A stretch of 64,000 bases of DNA from an uncultured delta proteobacterium (lineage in GTDB: Bacteria; Desulfobacterota; Zymogenia; Zymogenales; Zymogenaceae), in assembly GCA_963735595.1 (NCBI GenBank), contig CAVTLK010000001.1, positions 416,001-480,000 on the forward strand, in the 5' to 3' direction. A model generated the notes under the pieces. It did not search any database. It was not told where the DNA came from and was given only the letters and a program-made list of their open reading frames with translations. Shown one piece after another: positions 30,423-39,889 of this stretch. Position numbers and translations under genes: made by a program. How positions within the stretch are numbered: position 1 is the stretch's first letter; each line of letters starts with the position of its first letter.

Positions 30423-31238
30423 TTATCGGAATATTTTTCTGATCACCCGATTCGTTTTGTGTTTGATGACATTGCCGTCTCTCTTGATATCGTTGACGGC
30501 CGATTCGCCCTTGTTCTGGAGGTACTTCAGGCGCTTCTCGATTAGCTTCTTGGTACGTTTACCTTTGAAATCCAGGTTGTGCAGCAATTTCGTCCGGTTA
30601 GCCTCAACCCACCGCCCGGGCTTCTCGGGGATCTTTCCTCTGACGAGCCGGACACCCTCGTTGCCCCTGACCAGGATGGGGGAAAGACCCTTCCTGACGA
30701 CGTCTTTTGGCCTGAGCTCCACGGTTCCGTCCGAGCACAATACGTCGGTCTCACCGGCGGCCTTATCGTGAGAGACGACGAAGTCCGTCCCCCGCACCCC
30801 CACTGTCGTGTTTTCCGTTTCAATGATAAATCTCGATTCGGCGTTCAGGAGCGGCGCCACGACAGCGCGCACCTTTCCGTAGAGGAGGTTCAGGACGTTT
30901 GACGATTTCTTTGTTACCTCAACGTAGCCCGCCTCTCGCACGACGACCCGGCTTTCCGGCCCGACCCGTACGACACTCTCGTCCGGCAGCAGCAGCTCCA
31001 CCGAGCCGTCCTTTCCCGTATCTATCCGGTCCCCCGTGTTAACGACCCGATCTTCCGAGAGGACAACGGACGTATCCCGTCCGAACGGCGTAAGCGTGGC
31101 CTCCCCCTCGACGTAGGCCACCGTAACAGCCGGGCATGCTTCCTCGCCGCCGAGGCTAAACCCGGTAAGCCCGACCATCAGTATCAGAGACCAGACAAAC
31201 AACGCGGCGGTAACTGCGACGATTCGCTGTGGATTCAT
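30423..31238 (-). CDS. secreted FecR-domain protein
   Basis: Signal/TM helix, GDRIDTGKDGSVEL, VGVRGTDF. SD GGAGG. Confidence 0.8.
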   Translation of the reverse strand: MNPQRIVAVTAALFVWSLILMVGLTGFSLGGEEACPAVTVAYVEGEATLTPFGRDTSVVLSEDRVVNTGDRIDTGKDGSVELLLPDESVVRVGPESRVVVREAGYVEVTKKSSNVLNLLYGKVRAVVAPLLNAESRFIIETENTTVGVRGTDFVVSHDKAAGETDVLCSDGTVELRPKDVVRKGLSPILVRGNEGVRLVRGKIPEKPGRWVEANRTKLLHNLDFKGKRTKKLIEKRLKYLQNKGESAVNDIKRDGNVIKHKTNRVIRKIFR

Positions 31239-31360
31239 GATCTTCCTCCGAGCGAAATACTGGAAAGGAGTATACCACGCCGCCGTACAGCTTTTCCATA
31301 GGTTTCTGCAGTCAATCTGACGATATTCATGTTTCACGGCGCGCCGCGAGATCCGATCCG

Positions 31361-31389
31361 TTGCTATTTTCGTATCGAACGGCTATAAT
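31361..31389 (+). promoter_or_regulatory. sigma70 promoter of uvrC
   Basis: TTGCTA-N17-TATAAT. Confidence 0.55.
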
Positions 31390-31421
31390 TGTTGGTATAG
31401 ATTCAGAGGTCATCGCCCCGC

Positions 31422-33236
31422 ATGAGCATCACCGAGCTCCCCAAGAAACTCGAAAACCTTCCCAACGCCCCCGGGGTTTACCTTATGAAAAACCGCGCGG
31501 GGAAGGTTATCTACGTCGGTAAGGCTATCGACCTCAGGAAACGCGTGACCACCTATTTCGCGGATGTCTCCAAAGACCCGAAAACAACCCTCCTCGTCAA
31601 GGAAATCGCCGATATCGACGTCATCGTGACCGATACCGAGGTGGAGGCCCTGCTTACCGAGAATACCCTCATCAAGGAATACCGTCCCAGGTTCAACGTG
31701 AACCTGAAGGATGACAAGAATTTCCTGTCCCTCCGTATCGACGTCAGGGACGAGTCCCCCCGCTTTACGCTGGTCCGGTCGATAAGACGCGACGGCGGCC
31801 TTTACTTTGGGCCCTACACCAACGCGGGCGTCGTCCGGCAGAACTACAAGTGGCTGTCAGCCACGTTCAGGCTCAGGCAGTGCAGTGATCATAAGTTCGC
31901 CAACAGGAGCAGGCCCTGCATATACTACGAGATAGGCCAATGCTCCGCCCCCTGCGTCGCATATATCTCCCGAAACGATTACCATAAGAGCGTCGACCAG
32001 GCCGTTATGTTCCTTAAGGGAAAGGATGAAGCCCTCCTCAAGGACCTCACCAATCGGATGACGTCCCTTTCCGACGAGATGCGGTTCGAGGAGGCCGCCG
32101 TCCTGCGCGATCGAATCGCGGCCGTCCACAAGATGGTGGCCGTCCAGAAAGTCGTCGGTAACGATGATATCGACCGTGACGTCATCGGTCTATCCCGGGA
32201 GGGCACGAGCCTCGGCATATCGGTCCTCTTTGTGCGCGCCGGTCGGCTCATGGGGAGCCGGTATCAGCTCTTCACCAACGTATTGGACGATGATCCGGTC
32301 GCCGTCCAGAGTTTCATAGAGCAATACTACCACGCCAAGGAATACATCCCGCCCGAGATCCTTCTTCCCGTTGAAATTCCGGAAACCGCCCTCGTCTCCG
32401 GGTGGCTCTCCCGGGAGGCGCCCGTCAGGCTCACCGTTCCGAAACGGGGCGTCTTTAAGAACCTCGTGGAAATGGCCGCACGGAACGCTGAGTCCTCCTT
32501 CCAGGCATATAAGAAGTCCCGCGAGAGCCGCGAGCAATCCCTCGCGTCTCTGGCAGACCGGCTGGGTCTGGCCGGGCCGCCAAAACGAATGGAGTGCTTT
32601 GATATTTCCAACATATCGGGGACCAACGCCGTCGGCTCCATGGCCGTCTTCGTTGACGGAGTGCCGGACACGAATGAGTACCGCCGCTTCCGAATAAAGG
32701 GAATCACCGGCATCGATGATTATGCCATGATGGATGAAGTACTCAGGCGCAGGGTAAAATCAATCTCGCCGGATAATCGCCCCGACCTTATACTCATCGA
32801 CGGCGGCAAGGGGCACCTAGCCATCGCACACGCGGTTCTCAAGGACCTCGGCGTCACCGATATCCCGCTCTTCGCCATCGCAAAAGAAAAGCAGAACAAG
32901 GCCGAATCTGACCGGATCTATCAGGTCGGAAGGAAAAATCCATTCGTGATTAAGGGAAACTCATCGGTCCTCTTCCTGCTCATGCGTCTGAGGGACGAGG
33001 CCCACCGTTTTGCCGTGGAGTACCACAGGCGGCTGCGCCAGAAGCGGGGAGTCGCCTCGGCCCTCGATGAGATACCGGGTATCGGGGCGAAACGCAAGCA
33101 CGCACTACTGACCTATTTCCCCCGCGTCTCGGACATCAGGGACGCCGATAGTAAGAAGCTTGCCGAGGTCCCCGGTATAACCGAATCGATAGCCGAAGCC
33201 ATAAGTGAATATTTTAATTCACGGAAAAGTAAGTAG
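31422..33236 (+). CDS. uvrC: excinuclease ABC subunit C
   Basis: GIY-YIG PGVYLMK...YVGKA, ECFDISN, IDGGKGH, RDEAHRFA, HhH. Confidence 0.97.
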   Translation: MSITELPKKLENLPNAPGVYLMKNRAGKVIYVGKAIDLRKRVTTYFADVSKDPKTTLLVKEIADIDVIVTDTEVEALLTENTLIKEYRPRFNVNLKDDKNFLSLRIDVRDESPRFTLVRSIRRDGGLYFGPYTNAGVVRQNYKWLSATFRLRQCSDHKFANRSRPCIYYEIGQCSAPCVAYISRNDYHKSVDQAVMFLKGKDEALLKDLTNRMTSLSDEMRFEEAAVLRDRIAAVHKMVAVQKVVGNDDIDRDVIGLSREGTSLGISVLFVRAGRLMGSRYQLFTNVLDDDPVAVQSFIEQYYHAKEYIPPEILLPVEIPETALVSGWLSREAPVRLTVPKRGVFKNLVEMAARNAESSFQAYKKSRESREQSLASLADRLGLAGPPKRMECFDISNISGTNAVGSMAVFVDGVPDTNEYRRFRIKGITGIDDYAMMDEVLRRRVKSISPDNRPDLILIDGGKGHLAIAHAVLKDLGVTDIPLFAIAKEKQNKAESDRIYQVGRKNPFVIKGNSSVLFLLMRLRDEAHRFAVEYHRRLRQKRGVASALDEIPGIGAKRKHALLTYFPRVSDIRDADSKKLAEVPGITESIAEAISEYFNSRKSK

Positions 33237-33341
33237 GCCACAATTAACCCGTTTCCGTCCATTTTAGTATTGCTTTACACAAAAAAGTGATTTATCATCA
33301 CCCATTATATTATCGTCCATAGCCCATGGAGGAATCTATAT

Positions 33342-35233
33342 ATGGATACCATGAACTTAACAATGAAAGATATCCTTGAGAATTCCGCCGCCCGTTTTCC
33401 CGATAAGCCCGCCCTTATGAAGAAGTCCGCAAACCAGTGGGTGTCTATCACCTACAAACAGCTCCTATCCATGGTAAGGGATTTCGGCACGAGCCTGGTC
33501 AACATGGGAATGGCCAAGGGCGATCGGATCGCCGTTTTGACGCATAACTGCCCTGAGTGGGTTGTTTCCTACTACGCAATCGTCATCAATAATGGAATCG
33601 TCGTTCCCATCGACAAGGAGCTCAAACCGCAGGAAATCCGCCACATCCTCGACGACAGCGGGGCCAAGTTCGTCATCGTCACGAAAGAGTATCTGGGCAA
33701 GGTCGAGGAGATCTGCGAATCGCTTCCCGATCTCAAGAAGATCATCCTGATTACCAACGGCGCGAGGGAAGCCTCGATGCCCAACGACCTCAAGGAAGAG
33801 ATGCGCGGCATTGAAAAGGCCTGGCTTACCATGGTCAGGAAAATCAAGCAGGAACATGAATCGGAAATAAAAGAGATCGAAAAGCTCTGGCTTACGTTCG
33901 AGGAAAAACTCAAGAGCCACCGGGTAAAGAAGGACAGCCTCATTGTCGAGAAGCAGAACCAGTTCCTCGAGTTCTTCCACGGCATTACCAGCGCCACGAC
34001 TAACGCCCCCGAGATCGTCTATTTTGAAGACCTGTTCGGCAATAAAAATATCGCCCAGCGTACGATGAACTACGAGGACGTTATCGCCGTTCTCTACACC
34101 TCCGGTACGACCGGGAAATCCAAGGGCGTTATGCTCAAGAACAGTAATATCGTATCCAACTTCATCGGCGTCAAACACCTCATGCAGCTCGATGAAACCA
34201 TCCGGGTGCTCTCTGTACTGCCTATCAACCACGTCTATGAATCGACCTGCGGTGTGCTGGCGCCGCTGTTCCTCGGGGGAACCGTGGCGTTTGCCGAATC
34301 GCTACTCAAGGTTGCCCAGAATCTTAACGAGATCAAGCCAAATTTCTTCCTGGGGGTTCCCGCGCTCTATCAGGCGCTCTACACCCGCATGTCGGCCAAG
34401 ATCAATGCGAGCGTGGCCGGCCGTATTATGAACACGAACCCCGTGACCAGGACATTGATCACATCCAAGATCAAGAAAGAGCTTGGCGGAAATATCGCTT
34501 TTATATCCGGTGGGGCGTCTTTGGACCCCGCGCTGCAGAAAGGCCTCAGGAACCTCGGCCTCAATATCTACAATGGCTACGGTATTACCGAGACCGCCCC
34601 GCTGGTTGCCGTTAACAGCAAGGTGGGGGAGATCGACTCGGCTCGGTCGGCAAGGTGATGCCCGATGTCGAGATCAAGATCGTGGACCCCAACGAAGACG
34701 CGATCGGTGAGATATGGATCAAGGGCCCCAACGTCATGAAGGGTTATTATAACAATCCTCAGGCCACCGCCGAGGTGCTTACCGACGCCTGGTACCACTC
34801 CGGCGATCTTGGCTACATAGATAAGGATAATTTCCTCTTCGTAATGGGACGGGTAAAAAACCTTATCGTGACCGGAAACGGCAAGAATATCTATCCCGAA
34901 GAGGTCGAGGCTGAGCTCGTCAAGAGCCCCTACGTTGAAGAGGCGATGATTTACGCCCACATGCCCGGAACTACAGACGAGGAGGTACGGGCGGTGGTCT
35001 ATCTCAATCAGGACGCCCTGGACGCCTATGCCAAGGAACAGGGTATCAAGGAACTGACAAAGAAGGACATATATACGCTCATCCGCGCCGAGATCAAGAA
35101 ATATTGCGCCAACCTTGCCGATTACAAGCGGGTCAAGGAGTTTATGATCAGGGACGAGGAATTCCCCAAGACCTCAACCCGTAAACTCAAGCGGTATGCC
35201 GTGGATGAGGTGATCTCAGTCAATCAAAATTAG
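33342..35233 (+). CDS. long-chain fatty acid--CoA ligase (AMP-binding), frameshift near 34635, with helical insert
   Basis: YTSGTTGKSKG, GYGITET, SGDLGYID, GKNIYPEEVE, PKTSTRKLKR. Confidence 0.88.
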
Positions 35234-37693
35234 ATGCGGCACCCCCTCCCCCTTATCACTCTTGCTCTCATGGCAGGAATCGGGCTGGGGGTGTTCGTTT
35301 TTGTGCCCGTCGGAATTGCCCTCCTTTTGGCGGCGGTATTTTTGATCCTCGTTCTGACGCTCACAAAAAGCCGTTTTGCGCTTTATCTCTGTCTTGCCCT
35401 TTTCTTCTTTCTTGGAACCGCCCTCATTTCAACCTCGCTTCGGCCCGAAAAGAAAGGCAACTCCATCACGGACTATTGTTCCGGGAAAGAGCATGCCATC
35501 TGCGGGACGGTTGCGGAGCCGCCCCGAACGGAGACGGACGCAACCCGGATCGTTCTTTCCGACCTCATGGTCAGGACTCGCGGCGCATGGCGGCCGGCCG
35601 GAGGCAGTCTCCGGCTGACGGTTGGTGAGCGGTTATCCAACGTGTCGTATGGCGATACCCTGTTCTTTGTCGGCACGATAAGGAAACCGCGAAATTTCAA
35701 CAACCCGGGCGGATTTGACTACGAGTTTTCGCTTTTGCGTGCGGGTTTATCAGCAACCGCTTATACCGACAACCGGGACCATCTTCTCGTCAGAGAGGCA
35801 AGCCCCTCATCACCGATGGGGCTGGTGGAGCGATGGAGGGGCACCGTTCGGGATTTCTACGACTCCCGGTTACCCACGCCGGAGGGGGCCGTCATCAAGG
35901 CGCTCATCCTCGGAGAACGGGGGGATATTCCGGAGGAGATCCTCTCCGCCTATTACCGTACGGGGGTCGGCCACGTGCTGGCGATATCGGGCTCGAACGT
36001 AGGGATTGTCTATATCTTTACGTACCTCTTTTTGCATGCGGTGCTCGTGCGGTGGGGGAAATTCCCCCTCAGGCACTCGGTCAGGAAATGGGCCTCGGTT
36101 GTGTCTCTCGGGCCCGTGATCGTCTATACGCTCCTGGCCGGCCTTGAGATCACCGTGGTTCGTGCGACCCTGATGATCTCGGTCTTTGTTTTGGCAATCC
36201 TCATTGAAAAAGAACAGCAGGTCTTCAATACCCTGGTTCTGGCCGCCTTCGTCATCCTCCTGTTTTTACCCGCCTCGCTTTTTGACCCGTCCTTTCAGCT
36301 TTCGTTCGCGGCGGTGCTCTCGATCGTACTCCTGTATCCCACCCTGATCGAGCCCCTCAAGCAGCGCTTCTTCCCTATCGACGGAGTCAAGCCGCCGCTT
36401 GCCCATCGGATTGCTTTTCGCCTCCTCCAGTTTACTCTGGTCTCCTTCGCGGCGATCGTGGGCCTGCTTCCCCTCACGGCCTATTATTTCCACAGGGTAA
36501 CCCCGTTTGCTCTTCCGCTGAATTTCGTGGTTGTGCCGCTTCTGGGTCCCGTGGCAACCTCCCTCGGTCTCCTCTCCGTTCCGTTTATGACGGTCGCGCC
36601 CCACATATCCTCTTTCTTGAGTCTCATCGCCGCGTGGGCGGTGTCCCTGTCCGATAGCGCGGTTGTCTGGGCCGACGCCCTCCTCCCGACGGGGGTGGTC
36701 GTCTTCGGTCCTACATTGATTGAAATCGTCCTCTACTATGGGTTAATCCTATCGGTGTTTCTGTTATTCAGGAAAAGGCGGTGGGCGATAATCCCGGCGG
36801 CCCTGCTTATCCTTATTGCTATAGCTGACGTCACCCTTACGGCGTGGCACCGGTACGACTCGAAACGTCTCGAAGCGACATTCCTTTCCGTCGGTAATGG
36901 GGATTCGTGCGTTATTAAGCTTCCGGGCGGCGATATCATGGTGGTCGACGGAGGCGGACGGTTGGGAAGCGCCTTTGACATGGGCGAGTACGTCGTTGCG
37001 CCTTTTCTGCTCAATGATCGGATACTCAGGATCGATTACCTGGTGCTGTCTCATCCGGAACAGGATCACGCGGCAGGGCTCACGTACCTGATGGGCAATT
37101 TTACCGTCGGCGAGCTCTGGATTACAGAGGATGCCGTCCGCTCAAAAGAAACGGCGCCCCTTATCACGTCGGCGCGGACGTTCGGGATCCCGGTGATTAC
37201 GATCGATTCGTCGTCGCCGCCCCGCGCCATTGGACCCACGACCATCCGGTTCTTCAATCCCGCCCCGCCGTCAACCGACCAACCGGGTGACGTAAATAAT
37301 CGCTCTCTGGTCCTTCGCCTTTCTTACGGGCTTTTTTCCTTGCTTATGGCCGGTGATACCGAAGAAGAAGGTCTTTCCCGGATCGCGGCCGACGGAACCG
37401 ATCTTAACTCCCTCGTCCTCAAGGTGCCCCACCACGGATCGTCACCGTCGTCTCCCCTTTTCTTTCTCGAATCGGTGAGCCCCCGTGCGGCGGTCGTATC
37501 ATGCGGGTTTGATAATCCCTATGGTTTCCCGGGAGAAAAGTCGCTGGAACGTCTTCGGGAGGTCGGCGCCGATGTATTTCGGACCGACCTCGACGGTGCG
37601 ATATCGGTCGCCACCGACGGCCGATATCTGAGGATAGAGACGATGAACGGCGCCCGATTATATGAGGACATCCCTGACGGGGGCTGCCGGTAG
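35234..37693 (+). CDS. comEC: DNA internalization competence protein ComEC/Rec2
   Basis: NPGGFDY OB region, GHVLAISGSNV, SFQLSF, MBL domain SHPEQDH, LKVPHHGS, RTDLDGAI. Confidence 0.93.
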   Translation: MRHPLPLITLALMAGIGLGVFVFVPVGIALLLAAVFLILVLTLTKSRFALYLCLALFFFLGTALISTSLRPEKKGNSITDYCSGKEHAICGTVAEPPRTETDATRIVLSDLMVRTRGAWRPAGGSLRLTVGERLSNVSYGDTLFFVGTIRKPRNFNNPGGFDYEFSLLRAGLSATAYTDNRDHLLVREASPSSPMGLVERWRGTVRDFYDSRLPTPEGAVIKALILGERGDIPEEILSAYYRTGVGHVLAISGSNVGIVYIFTYLFLHAVLVRWGKFPLRHSVRKWASVVSLGPVIVYTLLAGLEITVVRATLMISVFVLAILIEKEQQVFNTLVLAAFVILLFLPASLFDPSFQLSFAAVLSIVLLYPTLIEPLKQRFFPIDGVKPPLAHRIAFRLLQFTLVSFAAIVGLLPLTAYYFHRVTPFALPLNFVVVPLLGPVATSLGLLSVPFMTVAPHISSFLSLIAAWAVSLSDSAVVWADALLPTGVVVFGPTLIEIVLYYGLILSVFLLFRKRRWAIIPAALLILIAIADVTLTAWHRYDSKRLEATFLSVGNGDSCVIKLPGGDIMVVDGGGRLGSAFDMGEYVVAPFLLNDRILRIDYLVLSHPEQDHAAGLTYLMGNFTVGELWITEDAVRSKETAPLITSARTFGIPVITIDSSSPPRAIGPTTIRFFNPAPPSTDQPGDVNNRSLVLRLSYGLFSLLMAGDTEEEGLSRIAADGTDLNSLVLKVPHHGSSPSSPLFFLESVSPRAAVVSCGFDNPYGFPGEKSLERLREVGADVFRTDLDGAISVATDGRYLRIETMNGARLYEDIPDGGCR

Positions 37694-37719
37694 GCCTATC
37701 GGAAGGCCTATCGGAAGGC
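37692..37719. repeat. 12-bp tandem direct repeat (about 2.3 copies)
   Basis: AGGCCTATCGGA AGGCCTATCGGA AGGC. Confidence 0.8.
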
Positions 37720-37771
37720 TTTGGCCGCATTCAAACGGGCCGCGGCTCCCGTCCGATCCGGTTCCTGCCGC

Positions 37772-39313
37772 TCACCGGTTACGGAGCGCTTTACCTGACT
37801 TACCGATATGGTCTCTGCCCAGGAAATAATTTATCCACGATGACGTGCGCCACAATGCCCAATCGCACGGGGGGACGGTGTCCGGCTTAAAGACCCGGTC
37901 GGTCCCCGTGCGTGCAAGCCGCCGGTACGCCCGCACCCAGACGCAGAGCCGGGCGCCCGGATAGACCTCGCACCATCCGTCCGTTGATCCCCCGCAGGGA
38001 CCGTTGCGCTCTTCCTTCGGACACTGCGACATGGGGCAAAGGTAAGCGACGTCAAAGAGGGCGCAATCCCCGCAATTACGGCATTCGAACAACAGGACCT
38101 TGATGCCGTTCTCGATATAGGCAAAGAGGCCGGAAAGAATCCGCGAGGAATCAACGATACGCGCCGCTATGCGCATGAGTCCGTAGAACGGACTCTTCGG
38201 TTCAAAGAAAACGGTATGAACAACCCGGGAGAAGAGATAGGCCGGATGCCGTAACAGGCGTCCACTCCTCCCGGACGGTGTTGTCGAGTTCAATCGGCCC
38301 GTCTTTTGTTTCTCGAAGAGATAGTACCCGCCCTCCTGGGGATAGTCGAACTCCGGCAGGTACCGCCGCCAATCGGCCGAGAGCGCTTCCCCCCGTTCAA
38401 CGATCTCGATGACCGTGTCGCAGTCGATGCCGTGCCCCCCGATATGCGCGCCCGCACATCCCATCCCCTTGGCAACGGCGTAGTGCCTTGCCGCACGCGT
38501 AATCCGCGCCTCTCTGCCCCTGTCGGGGGCCGTCCGTTCGGCCTCGATTTCGGCTAAGAGTTTCCCGGTCACTACGCAACCGGGGATAGTCCCCGCATTC
38601 ATAGTCCGCGCCGCCGGAAACGTCAGGACGAATATGTTGGCAAGCACGGGGATATCCACCCCTGCTCTCGACAGGAAGGTCAAGACCTCGTGAAGCTTGC
38701 GGGCGTCGTAACCGACCTGGGTTACAATGAAGCGGGCGCCGGCCGCTATCTTTTTCATGATCTTCTCGTATTGCCCGACGAGCTCAGCCTCCGTCTTCTT
38801 GAACGGCGAGACGGCCGCCCCGCAAAAGAAGTCCGTGGGGGCCAGCTTCAGCGGTTTGCCCATGAAGTCGTATTCAAGCCCCCGGTTCATACGGCCTATC
38901 AGCGACAGCAGGTGGATCGGATCGATATCAAATACCGGTTTAGCCATACCAAACCCGCCGTCGGTCGGATAATCACCCGAAAGGGCGAGGAGGTCTTTCA
39001 CCCCGTTTCTATGTAGGCCGCAGAGAAGGCTTTCGAGCTCGTTTCTGTTCTTATCCCGGCAGGCGACATGAACCAGCGGGTCAATACCGAGCTTTCTTAT
39101 CTCCACGGCGATGAACTCCGCCGCAATCGCGGGGCTGCCCCCCGGGTTGTCGGTAAGTCCGATGCCGTGGATTTTCTTTGACCGCGCCGCCTTTTCGGCG
39201 TTCTTTATCAGGTCATCCTGCTGCCTTTCCGCGAATCCACGTCCGGAGACGAGCTCCCAGTTTACGCAGAAGGTCTTTGGGTCACGCAGGGCCTCTCTGA
39301 ACATATCGCTCAC
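37772..39313 (-). CDS. metF: methylenetetrahydrofolate reductase with fused C-terminal MetV-like Cys-rich domain
   Basis: TDNPGG, HVACRDKNR, LSGDY, GARFIVTQ. C-terminal CRNCGDC...CPMSQCPKEERNGPCGG...CEV...CVW. Confidence 0.85.
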   Translation of the reverse strand: MSDMFREALRDPKTFCVNWELVSGRGFAERQQDDLIKNAEKAARSKKIHGIGLTDNPGGSPAIAAEFIAVEIRKLGIDPLVHVACRDKNRNELESLLCGLHRNGVKDLLALSGDYPTDGGFGMAKPVFDIDPIHLLSLIGRMNRGLEYDFMGKPLKLAPTDFFCGAAVSPFKKTEAELVGQYEKIMKKIAAGARFIVTQVGYDARKLHEVLTFLSRAGVDIPVLANIFVLTFPAARTMNAGTIPGCVVTGKLLAEIEAERTAPDRGREARITRAARHYAVAKGMGCAGAHIGGHGIDCDTVIEIVERGEALSADWRRYLPEFDYPQEGGYYLFEKQKTGRLNSTTPSGRSGRLLRHPAYLFSRVVHTVFFEPKSPFYGLMRIAARIVDSSRILSGLFAYIENGIKVLLFECRNCGDCALFDVAYLCPMSQCPKEERNGPCGGSTDGWCEVYPGARLCVWVRAYRRLARTGTDRVFKPDTVPPCDWALWRTSSWINYFLGRDHIGKSGKALRNR

Positions 39314-39358
39314 CTTGTTCCTCTGCTACCGCCCTTCATTACCGGGCGCGAAAACGGA

Positions 39359-39889
39359 CTACACGATAACCCGATCTCCCCGAAAACGAGCGCCCTCCAT
39401 CTCGAGGAGACACCGCTTGAGCGCCACGCCGCCCTCCGTGGAAAAGCCGGTCATTCCGCCATCGCCGGACACAACCCGGTGGCACGGGATAAACGGCGGC
39501 AGCGGATTTCTTGACATCGCCCCGCCTACCGCCCTGGCCGCTCCGGGTCTGCCGGCCATGCGCGCGAGCCCTCCATAGGTGATAACGGCGCCCCTCCCGA
39601 TAGCCGACAGAGCCGAATATAGCGCGCGGTCAAAAGACGAACAGCCGTTCAGGTCAAGCACGGCCTCCGAGAGGTCTACCGCCTCCCCCCGGTAGTAGGC
39701 CGTCAGAAGCCGTATCGCCGGTTCCGGGGGCGCAACAAGACTGTTGAAGGTCGCCCGGGGGGGGGTGAGGTTTCTCTCAACCAACTCGCGCGTCCCCATT
39801 GGCAGGACTGAACGGACCAGCCCATCGGCGGTGGCCGCCAATCCCACCCATCCCTGTTCCGTTTGAAATATACGGTATCCAACGGTCAT
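39359..39889 (-). CDS. ogt: methylated-DNA--protein-cysteine methyltransferase
   Basis: TYGGLA, AARAVG, NPLPPFIPCHRVV. Confidence 0.92.
   Translation of the reverse strand: MTVGYRIFQTEQGWVGLAATADGLVRSVLPMGTRELVERNLTPPRATFNSLVAPPEPAIRLLTAYYRGEAVDLSEAVLDLNGCSSFDRALYSALSAIGRGAVITYGGLARMAGRPGAARAVGGAMSRNPLPPFIPCHRVVSGDGGMTGFSTEGGVALKRCLLEMEGARFRGDRVIV

Noticed and set aside
34620..34660. Programmed frameshift splitting the acyl-CoA ligase
   Set aside because: There is no slippery sequence. A single missing base restores ENRLGSVGKVMP, consistent with the window-wide indel noise.
37692..37719. CRISPR-like repeat
   Set aside because: Only about 2.3 adjacent 12-bp copies, with no spacers and no cas genes.
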